The notes: generated from the sequence alone by a model not told the origin. A DNA stretch of 64,000 nt from an uncultured Nitrososphaeraceae archaeon (GCA_963779615.1 CAVZZA010000003.1:864001-928000), one strand, 5' to 3'. Numbered from the stretch's first letter, positions 20,767-31,232 are shown. Program-made: numbers and translations.

Positions 20767-21353
20767 TTTTTTATCACACTAATAAAATTCGATAAAATTT
20801 TTTTTCCTTCTCCGGTTAAAATGGATTCTGGATGAAATTGTATACCTTCTATAAAATATTTTTCGTGTTTTACCCCCATTATTTCTCTATCATCCAAAGA
20901 TTGAGATGTTATCTTTAAACATCTAGGTAGAGACTCTTTATCCGCAACAAGAGAATGATATCGAGTAGCAATAAATGGATTAATTACATTTTCAAATAAA
21001 CTAGAATTTGAATAATATTCAATCACACTAGTTTTGCCATGTTTGATTTTTACCGCCCTTTTGACTTTTCCACCATAAGCATGCACTATTCCCTGATGGC
21101 CCAGACAAATCCCCAAGATTGGAAATTTATGCCCCAACTGAGTTATAACATTATTGCAAATTCCAAAATCCTTTTTAAATTTAGGGTGACCTGGGCCTGG
21201 CGATATAACAATTGCATCGGGATCCATTTTTAAGATATCTTTTAAAGTAATTTTATTATTTCTTTCTACAAATGGAGTGGTATTAAGAACCCCCATCACT
21301 TGAGCAATATTATAAACAAATGAATCATAATTATCGATAATTAGTATTTTCAT
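20763..21353 (-). CDS. trpG: Anthranilate synthase component II (glutamine amidotransferase)
   Basis: IDNYDSFVYN, ISPGPG, GICLGHQ, RYHSL, QFHPES. Confidence 0.93.
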   Translation of the reverse strand: MKILIIDNYDSFVYNIAQVMGVLNTTPFVERNNKITLKDILKMDPDAIVISPGPGHPKFKKDFGICNNVITQLGHKFPILGICLGHQGIVHAYGGKVKRAVKIKHGKTSVIEYYSNSSLFENVINPFIATRYHSLVADKESLPRCLKITSQSLDDREIMGVKHEKYFIEGIQFHPESILTGEGKKILSNFISVIKK

Positions 21354-21410
21354 TTATTTTTAAGACCATACTCTATTAACATGAAGGTAACTATATCGTT
21401 ATCTAAAGTA

Positions 21411-22322
21411 TCAACTCAAAGATAACAAACTCTTATACTTTTTATACCTAGCCATAACATCATTGAAATCAATGTCCACTAGTTTATTTATTCCAAAGTC
21501 TTCTATTGCAAATGTGCCCATAATATTTCCAAACATGATTGACTCCTTAACCAAATCAAGATTGTCAAAAAAGTTTTTTTGATATTTTGAAATAAGAAAG
21601 CCAATAAAACCACCAGCAAATGAATCACCAGCACCGGTTGGGTCAACAACATCTTCTAAAGGGAATCCAGGAATTGGAAAAACATCATCATTGTAAAAGA
21701 GAAGAACTCCATGTTCTCCTTTTTTTATTATAACAAATTTTGGTCCCCATGAAAGGATTTGTTTTCCGCATTTAATTAAATTAGACGCATTACACAACAG
21801 CCTTGCTTCTTGATCATTTATTATCACACCGTTGGTTTGCTCCATCATAGATATTACCGAATTTTTTTTCTCTCGAATCCAAAATTCAATTGTATCACAA
21901 ACAACCAACTCTGGCTGATTAAATTTTTTTAGTATTTTTATATTTTGATCCGGATCATTATTAGCAAGATAAACAAATTTTGAGTTTGCATACTCTAATG
22001 GGACAACAGGTTCATAGTTTTCTATGACATTTAGTTCCGTTTTATTAGTGGTTCTATGTGACAAATCATAATCAAAAGAAGAATCGTAAAAAAATGTTTT
22101 TTTCTCATTGTGTTTCATCAGCCCCCTTATGTCAATCCTATTTTCTAGAAGAATTTGATAATTTTGAGGAAAATCATGCCCCACTATACCGATTAATGAC
22201 ACAGGCACAAAAAAAGATCCGGACAAAGAGGCATAAGTAGCGGCTCCTCCCAATATACGCTCTTTTGTTTGAAATGGAGTTCTAGTGGTATCCAAAGCTA
22301 TTGAGCCAAAAACTGTTAGCAC
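21411..22322 (-). CDS. PfkB-family carbohydrate/nucleoside kinase
   Basis: GSIALD, LGGAATY, KKGEHG, DPTGAGDSFAGG; GTG at 22322 is the likely start. Confidence 0.9.
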   Translation of the reverse strand: MLTVFGSIALDTTRTPFQTKERILGGAATYASLSGSFFVPVSLIGIVGHDFPQNYQILLENRIDIRGLMKHNEKKTFFYDSSFDYDLSHRTTNKTELNVIENYEPVVPLEYANSKFVYLANNDPDQNIKILKKFNQPELVVCDTIEFWIREKKNSVISMMEQTNGVIINDQEARLLCNASNLIKCGKQILSWGPKFVIIKKGEHGVLLFYNDDVFPIPGFPLEDVVDPTGAGDSFAGGFIGFLISKYQKNFFDNLDLVKESIMFGNIMGTFAIEDFGINKLVDIDFNDVMARYKKYKSLLSLS

Positions 22323-22383
22323 ATAAAAAAAAATAAAGGCATCAAATATAAAATATTGGAATAGAAGTATATCAAACAACTAT

Positions 22384-22953
22384 ATGGAGAGAAAATTCAA
22401 AATAGTAGTGGGAATTACAGGGAGTTCGGGGGTAATCTATGGAATAAAATTACTGTATTTTTTGAACAGATTTGAAGTTGAAACCCATGTAGTTTTAAGC
22501 AAATGGGCCGAAAAAAATATAGAAATTGAAACCGATGAGAATATAACGCAAATAAAAAAACTGGCAGCGTTTGAATATAAAGAAAATGATATGGCAGCCT
22601 CGATTTCTAGCGGCTCTTTTAAGACAAATGGGATGATAATAATCCCCTGTAGTATGAAAACACTGGCAAGCATAGCAAATGGATATGATGACAATTTAAT
22701 ATCAAGAGCGGCATCAGTTACCATCAAAGAGAATAGAAAGCTAGTAATTGTTCCCCGAGAAACGCCTTTATCGCAAATCCATCTTTCCAATATGCTAAAA
22801 CTTGCAAAAATAGGAGTTATTGTTTTACCCGCCATGCCTGGCTTTTATCACAGACCAAAAACAGTAAATGATTTAGTATTACACATCGTAGGTAAAACTT
22901 TAGATCAGTTTGGGATAAATAACGATGTTTTTAAAAGATGGGAGAATAATTAA
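22384..22953 (+). CDS. ubiX: Flavin prenyltransferase UbiX
   Basis: GITGSSG, SSGS, PCSMKTLA, PRETP, PGFY. Confidence 0.93.
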   Translation: MERKFKIVVGITGSSGVIYGIKLLYFLNRFEVETHVVLSKWAEKNIEIETDENITQIKKLAAFEYKENDMAASISSGSFKTNGMIIIPCSMKTLASIANGYDDNLISRAASVTIKENRKLVIVPRETPLSQIHLSNMLKLAKIGVIVLPAMPGFYHRPKTVNDLVLHIVGKTLDQFGINNDVFKRWENN

Positions 22954-23262
22954 ACTTAACTTATTTAAAATTATAATAATAATTTGAATAGAGTTAATAT
23001 TCATGTAATTAGGCAACTAATTTATACTGTCATATGCTGCCGTATTGAAACCACCAACTATAAAAAAACAAGTTTTTCTCGTTGATCACTGTAGAAGAAT
23101 AAATCGAAGGGTAGAAAAAACACAGAAACATATGGTCTTTTTAAAAGCAATTAGTAGAAGGTCTAATACGAATTGTACATAACATTATCAGGTTATCGAA
23201 ATGAAATTAACATGATAAAATTGAATTAAAACATTATTTCAACCCAAACTAGCAGACAATCA

Positions 23263-23847
23263 TCATTTACCATCATTCTTTTCCCAAAGATCCATTTTCT
23301 CTAGTTTTTTCTTTCTTCTATATTCTTCAAGCATATGATAAACAGATTTATGCGAGCTTCCTTTGCATAACATTGTAACAGCATTAACTGCCAGGTTAGT
23401 TTCTTCGTAATTTCCAATAAAACCTACAAAATGGCCATATACAGACAAGTAGGCACCTGTAAAATCTTCAACATTTCTCCTAGTTTTGCCACTCTGACCT
23501 ATTATTCTAGACTTAATTCTTTCAAGAGAATTTATAGATTTGCCAGAATATTCCCTCAAATCAACAAACTGAAGAACATTTTCCTCATTTAACAAACTAT
23601 ATGCTCTTTGTGGAGAAAATCCCTTTGAAACAGCCGTGATTATTTCCGATGCTTTAAAAACTCCAACATCAATTGATGGATTATCGTTTTTAAATCCAAT
23701 ACTAACATCTCCTGATTCTCCATCAATATCAAGGTGTACATTACATTTGGACTCTATTTCCAATTTAACCAAGCCTTTTTTTCCAACTAATGCACCAATT
23801 CTATCTTTTGAAACCTTAATTACTTTGAAAATCCCGTTAAAAGTCAC
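23263..23847 (-). CDS. KH-domain rRNA-processing protein (Dim2/Pno1-like)
   Basis: RIGALVGKKG, GFSPQRA, RIKSRIIGQSGKTR, GSSHKSVY. Confidence 0.9.
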   Translation of the reverse strand: MTFNGIFKVIKVSKDRIGALVGKKGLVKLEIESKCNVHLDIDGESGDVSIGFKNDNPSIDVGVFKASEIITAVSKGFSPQRAYSLLNEENVLQFVDLREYSGKSINSLERIKSRIIGQSGKTRRNVEDFTGAYLSVYGHFVGFIGNYEETNLAVNAVTMLCKGSSHKSVYHMLEEYRRKKKLEKMDLWEKNDGK

Positions 23848-23924
23848 AATAAATAATAAATAAAACGGTCTAAAAAATATTTCAACACAAAGGTGAAATA
23901 ATAAGAATCATACCAGTAACTGAT

Positions 23925-24179
23925 TCAACCACCGTGAACAACAGATAGAATAGTTACAATATCTCCTGAGGAAATTTTTGCATTATATCCTCCTAATAGT
24001 GAAGATTCAATTCCGTTGATAGCGATCATGATATCATTTTTATTTATTGTATTATTGGAGTAAAAATTATTTTCCAAATAAGAAATAATCCCAGTGACAC
24101 TTGATGATTCTTCATTTATTTTTAATTTTGAATGTCCCACTAATTTTTTAATACCACCAAGCAAATTGATTTCAATCAT
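23925..24179 (-). CDS. Ubiquitin-like sulfur carrier (MoaD/ThiS/Urm1-like)
   Basis: Beta-grasp size, IAING, C-terminal HGG. Confidence 0.85.
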   Translation of the reverse strand: MIEINLLGGIKKLVGHSKLKINEESSSVTGIISYLENNFYSNNTINKNDIMIAINGIESSLLGGYNAKISSGDIVTILSVVHGG

Positions 24180-24181
24180 AT

Positions 24182-24421
24182 TTACTCCTTAGATTTTTCT
24201 GGAGATTCTAAAACATCTTCAGAATAAGCCATAGAAGCATTCTGTTGAGCAAGATTCCTGTTAACTACAGAAGTAATAAAACCAGCTATTTTGTTTCTCA
24301 ATTCTTTAGAACGAACCTGTGCATAATTTTTAATTGCTTCTTTGTTTTCATTAAAATCAATTGTAAACTTGTCAGGATAACGTTCCAATAATTCATTAGA
24401 CATACGTTTAACTCTATCCAC
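24182..24421 (-). CDS. rps17e: 30S ribosomal protein S17e
   Basis: FTIDFNENK, SKELRNKIAGFIT. Confidence 0.95.
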   Translation of the reverse strand: MDRVKRMSNELLERYPDKFTIDFNENKEAIKNYAQVRSKELRNKIAGFITSVVNRNLAQQNASMAYSEDVLESPEKSKE

Positions 24422-24508
24422 ACTATTAGGAAAAAAACATAGCTATTTTATCTTTTATTCCAAAAAATAGCAAATAAAATAAAATTATTCACAACAATAA
24501 ACATACTA

Positions 24509-25285
24509 CTATTTGGCATTTAGAAAATCAATCGAATTTTTGAAAATAATCTCCTTCAATTCATCAAAGCTTTTTTTAAGAGCAATTGAGGCAAAATTAT
24601 TTAAGCTTACTATAAATGCTGGCGAGGTAATAACATTCTCAAAACAATGCTTGTATGTTACGGGACCATCAGTTTCCAACAACAACAAAGAGAGGTCGGA
24701 TTCTTTTAAAAGTATTTTTTTATCCTCCGAATAGAGCAAATAAGGGCCAAAAGAGACATAATAACCTAAATCATTAATCTTCCGTAAAAAATTTTTGCTT
24801 CCGTCGTACCAATGAAATACAACCTTTTTTAATTTATAAGATGTCAAGATGTCTAGTATGTCTTTTAATGATCTCCTTGAGTGAATTGAAACAGGTTTAT
24901 TATATTTTTCTGCCAGATCTAACATGTGAGTAAAGACAGTTTTTTGTATTTCAAATGTGTTGAACCTATTGTTAATGGTATATGTTGGATCAAGGCCAAC
25001 TTCGCCTATTCCATTAATAATTTCTTTATTTGTTAAAAAAAAGTCATTAAAAGGCTCCAATATTTCTAAATCAGCATGTTCTGGATGTATACCAGTCAAT
25101 ATTTTAAATAAGTTTGAATTTAAAAAATACTTTTTTTTAATATCAATGTTTTTAATAGAGGATTCCAAATCCACTGAAACCGAATAAACTTGAATTTTTA
25201 AATTACATATAGTACAAACCATTAGTTTTAGATATTCATCATACATTTTATCTGAAAGATGAATATGCGAGTCTACAAAATACAA
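24509..25285 (-). CDS. tatD: TatD-family nuclease
   Basis: DSHIH, GIHP, IGEVGLD, IHSR, FHW, LETDGP. Confidence 0.92.
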   Translation of the reverse strand: MYFVDSHIHLSDKMYDEYLKLMVCTICNLKIQVYSVSVDLESSIKNIDIKKKYFLNSNLFKILTGIHPEHADLEILEPFNDFFLTNKEIINGIGEVGLDPTYTINNRFNTFEIQKTVFTHMLDLAEKYNKPVSIHSRRSLKDILDILTSYKLKKVVFHWYDGSKNFLRKINDLGYYVSFGPYLLYSEDKKILLKESDLSLLLLETDGPVTYKHCFENVITSPAFIVSLNNFASIALKKSFDELKEIIFKNSIDFLNAK

Positions 25286-25402
25286 CGAATATTTTAAAAT
25301 TTATGACTATAATAACTATTCTAGCATTGTTAAAATCAATAACACGATAGGCATTAAACATAATAGACAAGTTATTTAAATAAGAAAAATGAAATGTATT
25401 AG

Positions 25403-25624
25403 ATGTCTTCTGAAAATGAAATAGCATTAGCGTCAACATACAGAATAATTAAAAAATTTGGCGCGGAAAGGGTTAGTGACGAAGCAGCAAATGAATTAAG
25501 AAAAATTTTAGAAAGAATAGGAGAAAATATAGCAAAACAAGCAGTCGATCTAGCATATCATGCACGTAGAAAAACAATAAGACCTGAAGACATTATACTT
25601 GCTGCAAAAAACTATCAAAGATAG
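25403..25624 (+). CDS. Archaeal histone (HMf-like)
   Basis: RIIKKFGAERVS..A..EL...A.HARRKTIRPEDI histone-fold signature. Confidence 0.93.
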   Translation: MSSENEIALASTYRIIKKFGAERVSDEAANELRKILERIGENIAKQAVDLAYHARRKTIRPEDIILAAKNYQR

Positions 25625-25689
25625 GTAAAAATAAACACACATCAATTGCAAAAGAAATATAAGTTTTCATGTAAGTGAAGACTGTTGCT

Positions 25690-25783
25690 GGTGGGGTGGC
25701 AGAGCGGCCATGCGTTCGCCTGCAGAACAAAATAACAAAATTCAGATAGCGAATATATAAGGGTTCGAATCCCTTCCCCACCT
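25690..25783 (+). tRNA. tRNA-Cys(GCA) with 22-nt intron at 37/38 (25726-25747)
   Basis: Acceptor GGTGGGG/CCCCACC with U73, anticodon stem TTCGC/GCGAA, T-arm AAGGG-TTCGAAT-CCCTT. Confidence 0.92.
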
Positions 25784-25805
25784 CTATGGTATTCTTAGTT
25801 TACTC

Positions 25806-26417
25806 TCAATATGATAAGATTTTAAAGGTATGAAAATAATTTTTATCATGGATAATTTTAGTTATTTCTTCTTTTATCTGATTCAAATCCAAACTATAAA
25901 ATTTCCCTAATCTTTCGGATAACTTTTCCAATGAACGCTTTAATATAGAAATAAAAATGTCTAATTCATTTTTTTGATAATGGACAAATGCAGCGTTTAT
26001 CAATATTATGCCATTTAAAATTCGTTTTTCTGTTCCGGATGATTCTTTCCATATCCCTTCCAAAACTTCATGAGATTTCCAGAATCTTTCGGTGTTAAAT
26101 AAGAAAACTGCATGGTCCACAACATTCTCTTTAGTTAAACAATGTTCTGATGCAGAGAGGTCATCACAATACAGTATCGAGCCAACAGAAGTTAACCTTG
26201 ATGATATCGCATTTTGAAATAATTCTTGTTCGAAGCTGTGTACACTTAAATCTATTTCAACAAAATAGCTTGATATTCTAACCTCTCGCACTTCTATCAT
26301 AGAAAATTCCTGCAAGAGAGCCCGAATATGCTTTATGACATATTTATAATCCTCTGGAATATATGATTTCTTTTTGTTATCCAAGTAAACTAAATACCTT
26401 TTATTCATATATACCAC
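25806..26417 (-). CDS. DUF309-domain protein
   Basis: LFNTERFWKSHEVLEGIW..GIILINAAFVH motif. Confidence 0.85.
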   Translation of the reverse strand: MVYMNKRYLVYLDNKKKSYIPEDYKYVIKHIRALLQEFSMIEVREVRISSYFVEIDLSVHSFEQELFQNAISSRLTSVGSILYCDDLSASEHCLTKENVVDHAVFLFNTERFWKSHEVLEGIWKESSGTEKRILNGIILINAAFVHYQKNELDIFISILKRSLEKLSERLGKFYSLDLNQIKEEITKIIHDKNYFHTFKILSY

Positions 26418-26609
26418 ATTATATTGTATTGAGCAATTAATTAATTATTTTATACCCTTTAATTATTAAACTAATAATAATAAACTATTAGGAATAATTA
26501 AAATTTGGGTATTTTATAATCAACACTATATAAATCTTATAAAACAAAGTGGATTGTTTAATAGAATAATTTATGTTAGTTTTTATACTATAAAATCAAC
26601 GTAAAAATA

Positions 26610-27770
26610 GTGGACCAAAAACTAAAATTTTATGGAGTAAAGATATTAAGTTTATTAATTCTCGCAAGTTTTTCGAACTATTCCCTTGATTCTGTTTATC
26701 CTCAAACATCTAATGATAAAAATAATAAAAATGGCATTAAAGAAAATAGTGGATATATAAACAATGTCACAGAATACGATAAAAATAAAAATTGTTCAAA
26801 TGATGCAAGCAAAACCCCTAACTCTATAGAATATCTGACATATTTTAACTGCGGTCATGTTAGTATAGATGGGAAAAAACAGCAGACAACAAGGGAATTT
26901 ACACTTATTGCCGAAGAAGGTAAAACAATTCCCATTTCAAATCAGGGTCACCAATTCAAGGCATGGACTTATAATGGAACTGTTCCCGGCCCAACCATGA
27001 GAATGACCGAAGGAGATTTGGTGAAAATCACAGTTATGAATTTGGGTAAAAACGCTCTACCCCATTCATTTCACATGCATTCAATTCATCCTGCCGAATC
27101 TGACGGAGTAGATGGACCTGGTGGAACCATAATGCCGGGTCAAAGCTTTACATACGCATTTACAGCAAAACCATACGGCGTATATCCATATCACTGTCAC
27201 GTCAATCCCATTGCAGATCACATTAACAGAGGGCTGTATGGTATGTTCATAATAGACCCAAAAGATCCAAGGGAACAGATGCAAGAGTTTGCAATGCTAA
27301 TGAACGGCTACGATATGAACTACGAGTTGGAGGGTCCAGTTACTATACCTGCAGTCGATAAAAAAGACCCTACAAAGTTTATAGCAGAAGAAGAAGAGGC
27401 AGAAAGAAGTAACGAAATTTACACAGTAAATGGCAAGGCATTTGAGTATATGGATTATCCCATTGATATAAAACAAGGAGAAAACTATAGAATATATCTA
27501 GTAAATATGCTTGAGTTTGATTTAATAAACTCATTTCATCTGCATGGAATGATGTTTAAATACATAGCATCAGGTACAGGAACAGAAGCAGAATACACAA
27601 ATGACATAGTGACGTTATCTCAAGGAGACAGAGGAATTTTGGAATTTAAAGCAGAATTTCCAGGAAAATACATGTTTCATGCCCATCAAACAGAATTCAC
27701 CGACCTAGGCTGGATGGGGTTTTTTAATGTGATTGCGTCAAAAAATGACAATAATCCCAACAAAATTTAA
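26610..27770 (+). CDS. Secreted two-domain multicopper oxidase
   Basis: N-terminal hydrophobic segment; YNGTVPGP, HSFHMH, YHCH..HINRGL, NSFHLHG, FHAHQ. Confidence 0.9.
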   Translation: MDQKLKFYGVKILSLLILASFSNYSLDSVYPQTSNDKNNKNGIKENSGYINNVTEYDKNKNCSNDASKTPNSIEYLTYFNCGHVSIDGKKQQTTREFTLIAEEGKTIPISNQGHQFKAWTYNGTVPGPTMRMTEGDLVKITVMNLGKNALPHSFHMHSIHPAESDGVDGPGGTIMPGQSFTYAFTAKPYGVYPYHCHVNPIADHINRGLYGMFIIDPKDPREQMQEFAMLMNGYDMNYELEGPVTIPAVDKKDPTKFIAEEEEAERSNEIYTVNGKAFEYMDYPIDIKQGENYRIYLVNMLEFDLINSFHLHGMMFKYIASGTGTEAEYTNDIVTLSQGDRGILEFKAEFPGKYMFHAHQTEFTDLGWMGFFNVIASKNDNNPNKI

Positions 27771-27792
27771 GCCATCTGTTTTTTTACTTATC

Positions 27793-28959
27793 TGAGGCAT
27801 GTCATAATTCAAATTATCTCGATATAATCCACATCAGCTTAAAGCTAACCTCTGGAATATTATTTTGAGTACAACTGTCCCAAAGTAGATCTTGACAGAT
27901 TGAATGAATCCATCCTTTTTTACATCCCGTATCTGACAGCCTTATGCCTTGGCAGCATACCGGGAAACGCGGTAGACCACGCATCTGTTCTCCAACCGCA
28001 ATTAAGGTGTTTTGTTGTACGGACGGCTTCGACATGATCTTGACAACGCTTTGCACATGTTTTTAAATGCAGATTGTCAGCTTAACCGCAATTTAGCCTT
28101 TGCATGCGGTCTTGCAATAATACCTGGCAGACGTACATTTGACAGGCTGCCACAGAAGACCATTTCGGCAGATGCAAAAAAAGAGAACATCAACAATGGG
28201 GGATATCCATTTGCAGCAGCAGAAGGATTGGTGGTTGACCATTCTATAACAGCAACAACAGCACTCTCCTAAAAGCAAATGGTCGTCTATGGCACAAGTC
28301 ATCCATTCATGAAAAAAGGAGTTGCACCTCGTTCGGCATTGACACGGATGCAAGGTGGGGACAAAATCACACCAAGGGATGGATTTTTGGATACAACCGC
28401 ATCTGACACCTGCAATAGGTAACCTTATAGCACCATCGACAGCAGATGATGCAACCACTGCCAATGTGCCGGATAACCAGATGCACGTTTCTTTAACATC
28501 CTCTTCTTCTTTGGCATTCTCCTTATTACCATCTTTACGCCTATACGGCAGCTGATGCTGGTTATGGTGACAGGAAACTGTGCAAACACAGCAAAAGGAT
28601 CTTGGGAATAGGTGTGGTCCGTCCTTTAGAAAGACACGAAAGTACTTTCAAAAAGAGGCTTGAGCTTGCATGTTTTTGCAAATCTGCAGTCGTATAGTCC
28701 ATCTACAACCAGAGGGGAATACAAATAGAGCTGCTGATAGAGCATATCAAGTCAGTCTTGGGATAGACCCATTACCAGCACGAGGATTTCATGCCGTATC
28801 TGCAATTGTACTGGTGTCTGTTTTGCCCTATCATCCAATGGTATGTTATAAATGTAAAGTAGGCAAATCCAATCCAAAACCAATAAAATGCGTGCTTGGG
28901 ACAGGCTGACATGGAGTTAAGGACAAAGACAAGTAATTTTGAATTATGACCATGCCTCA
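27793..28959 (+). mobile_element. Degenerate DDE-type IS (IS4/IS5/IS982-like) with pseudogenised transposase
   Basis: TIRs TGAGGCATG-TCATAATTCAAA (27793) and TTTGAATTATGACCATGCCTCA (ending 28959); fragments GRPRICSP, PGRRTFDR, GIDTDARWG, TANVPDNQM, DAGY, IDPLPARG; elevated G+C. Confidence 0.85.
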
Positions 28960-28964
28960 AATAT

Positions 28965-29132
28965 CTAATAAACTGATTCTGAAGAAGGTCTTAATCCTCT
29001 TTTTTTCGATAAATAACCGCAGTTCAAGCACTTGTACGAACGTTTTCTTTTATAGGTATAAATTACATCAGGTTCATCAAAAAATTCATGTGATGTTTTT
29101 AGCATACAATTAGTGCAAAATCTTTTTTCCAT
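28965..29132 (-). CDS. 55-aa zinc-ribbon microprotein
   Basis: MEKRFCTNCMLKTSHEFFDEPDVIYTYKRKRSYKCLNCGYLSKKRGLRPSSESVY; two CxxC motifs; co-oriented downstream of sucD. Confidence 0.7.
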   Translation of the reverse strand: MEKRFCTNCMLKTSHEFFDEPDVIYTYKRKRSYKCLNCGYLSKKRGLRPSSESVY

Positions 29133-29193
29133 TTAAAAGCATCACATAAAATAGTAAATCTAATCCAAATTTTAATTTATTATGACATATTCC

Positions 29194-30120
29194 TCATCTC
29201 TTCAATAGATTTTTAAGCAATAAAGGAATTTCTCTTGGGCTTTTTGCTACAGGAACATTTGCTTTAGAATAGTTGGTAATTTTTGATTCTGCAGAACCAT
29301 AATTCCCATATACAATCGCACCGGCATGACCCATTCGTGTTTCCTTTGGCGCAGCTCGTCCAGCAATATAAGCAATAACAGGTTTGGAGAAATTAGTTTT
29401 TACGATATATTCAGACAATTGTTCTTCTGCATCGCCCCCAATCTCACCCACTACTACTATGGAATCAACATCATCACGATCTCGTATTAGTTCAAAAGAA
29501 TCGATAAGATTGGTACCGTTTATTGGATCGCCACCAATGCCTAATCCTAAACGCTGGCCATATCCAGATCGAGAAAGGTGAAACGATACTTCATACATTA
29601 GAGTGCCGCTTCTTGAAAACACCACAGTATTTCCTTTAGTAAATGGGCCAGCAGGCATAATTCCCACTTTCATAACTTTAGGGACAATAACTCCGGGTGT
29701 ATTGGGCCCAATCATTCTGGCACCTTGTTTTTTTGCATATTCACATATTTTTATAGAATCCAAAACGGGAACATGCTCTGGTATTGCAACTATTAACTTT
29801 ATACCACTATCAATGGCTTCTTTTGCTGCTTTATAAAAAAATGGAGCAGGTACAAAAATGCCTGAAATAAAAGCACCTGTTGACTGAACCGCTTCTTTCA
29901 TAGTGTTATATATTGGAATGCCCTCAAAATTAGAGCCGCCCTTTCCAGGGGTTACACCTGCAGTAACATTTGTCCCGTAACTTTTCATTAATTTTGTATG
30001 AGTTGAACCAAAGCTTCCGGTAATGCCTTGAATTATTACTGGTTTTTTTTCAAAATCTGGATCATTTGGCAAGCCAGTCAATATTTCAAATATGTCAAAT
30101 TGCAAAGTCAAGCTTATCAT
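29194..30120 (-). CDS. sucD: Succinyl-CoA synthetase alpha subunit
   Basis: IQGITG, GVTPGKGG, IGPNTPG, SRSGTL, GEIGG, RMGHAGA. Confidence 0.96.
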   Translation of the reverse strand: MISLTLQFDIFEILTGLPNDPDFEKKPVIIQGITGSFGSTHTKLMKSYGTNVTAGVTPGKGGSNFEGIPIYNTMKEAVQSTGAFISGIFVPAPFFYKAAKEAIDSGIKLIVAIPEHVPVLDSIKICEYAKKQGARMIGPNTPGVIVPKVMKVGIMPAGPFTKGNTVVFSRSGTLMYEVSFHLSRSGYGQRLGLGIGGDPINGTNLIDSFELIRDRDDVDSIVVVGEIGGDAEEQLSEYIVKTNFSKPVIAYIAGRAAPKETRMGHAGAIVYGNYGSAESKITNYSKANVPVAKSPREIPLLLKNLLKR

Positions 30121-30122
30121 TT

Positions 30123-31232
30123 TTAATTAGTATTTACGTTTGAAACTACTGCATTTATTGCTTCCTCTACAGTATCGAATAACTTTGCCCTACTACCCTG
30201 CAGCATTTGTTTTGCTTTTTCAGACTCCGCACCAGATATCCTAGCAAATACAGGGACGTTTATTATATCATTTTTGTAGGCATCCAATATTCCCTGAGCT
30301 ACAAGATCAGTTCTAACAATTCCCCCAAAAAGATTAACAAGAATTGCTTTTATTTTTGGCAATTCACTGATTACTTCAAGAGCTTTGTAAATAGTTTCAC
30401 TTGTTGCCTTTCCACCAAAATCAAGGAATGATCCCGCCTGACCATTAGCATCAGAAACCATATCCAATGTAGACATAACTAACCCTGCACCATTTCCAAT
30501 AATAGCTATATTACCGCCCAACTCTACGAATGAAAACCCATTTTTAGAAGCCTGTTTCTCCAATTCACTCAAATACAGATAGATTTTTAATTCTTCATGC
30601 CTAAATAAAGAATTATCATCAATAATCACTTTAGCATCCAATGCAACCAATGAACCGTCTGACAAAATTGCCAGTGGATTAATTTCAGCAAGTTCTGCTT
30701 CTTTTTCAATAACAAACTTAAAAAGACGTAGTAATAAATCCACAAAACTACTTTTGGAACTATCAGGGATATTTAATTTATTTGCAACATCATTTGCTAT
30801 ATCCAAAGAAATTCCATCTATGAATAAATCCTGGATGACCTTATTCTCTGTCTGTTCGATATCTACTCCGCCTTCGGCTGATGCAATTATAGAAAAACAC
30901 CGTTTACTCCTGTTTAAGAAAATCGATAAATAAAGTTCTTTAGAGATATCAACCATTTTTTCCAGCAAAATACCTCTAGGTAATTCACCTTTTACTTCTT
31001 TATTCAGGAGATCGTTAAATTTTGATTCAAATTCCGAAGGCCCCTTACATTTCTGTATTGCACCAGCTTTGCCCCTACCCCCAACTGTTAATTGGGATTT
31101 TAAAACAAATGGATAACCCAACTGTTGTGCACCGTTTTTGGCATCACCAATATTTGAGGCTAGAAAAGACAATGGAGTTTTTATTCCATATTGATTGAAA
31201 AGCTCCTTTCCCTGATATTCAAGTAATCGCAT
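30123..31232 (-). CDS. sucC: Succinyl-CoA synthetase beta subunit
   Basis: LLEYQGKELF, GGRGKAG, EINPL, GNGAGL, FGGI. Confidence 0.96.
   Translation of the reverse strand: MRLLEYQGKELFNQYGIKTPLSFLASNIGDAKNGAQQLGYPFVLKSQLTVGGRGKAGAIQKCKGPSEFESKFNDLLNKEVKGELPRGILLEKMVDISKELYLSIFLNRSKRCFSIIASAEGGVDIEQTENKVIQDLFIDGISLDIANDVANKLNIPDSSKSSFVDLLLRLFKFVIEKEAELAEINPLAILSDGSLVALDAKVIIDDNSLFRHEELKIYLYLSELEKQASKNGFSFVELGGNIAIIGNGAGLVMSTLDMVSDANGQAGSFLDFGGKATSETIYKALEVISELPKIKAILVNLFGGIVRTDLVAQGILDAYKNDIINVPVFARISGAESEKAKQMLQGSRAKLFDTVEEAINAVVSNVNTN

Noticed and set aside
25593-25781. 62-aa minus-strand ORF
   Set aside because: Antisense to tRNA-Cys and the end of the histone gene
26610-27770. nirK call for the copper oxidase
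   Set aside because: HxH motifs for a trinuclear T2/T3 centre are present in both domains, fitting a two-domain MCO rather than NirK
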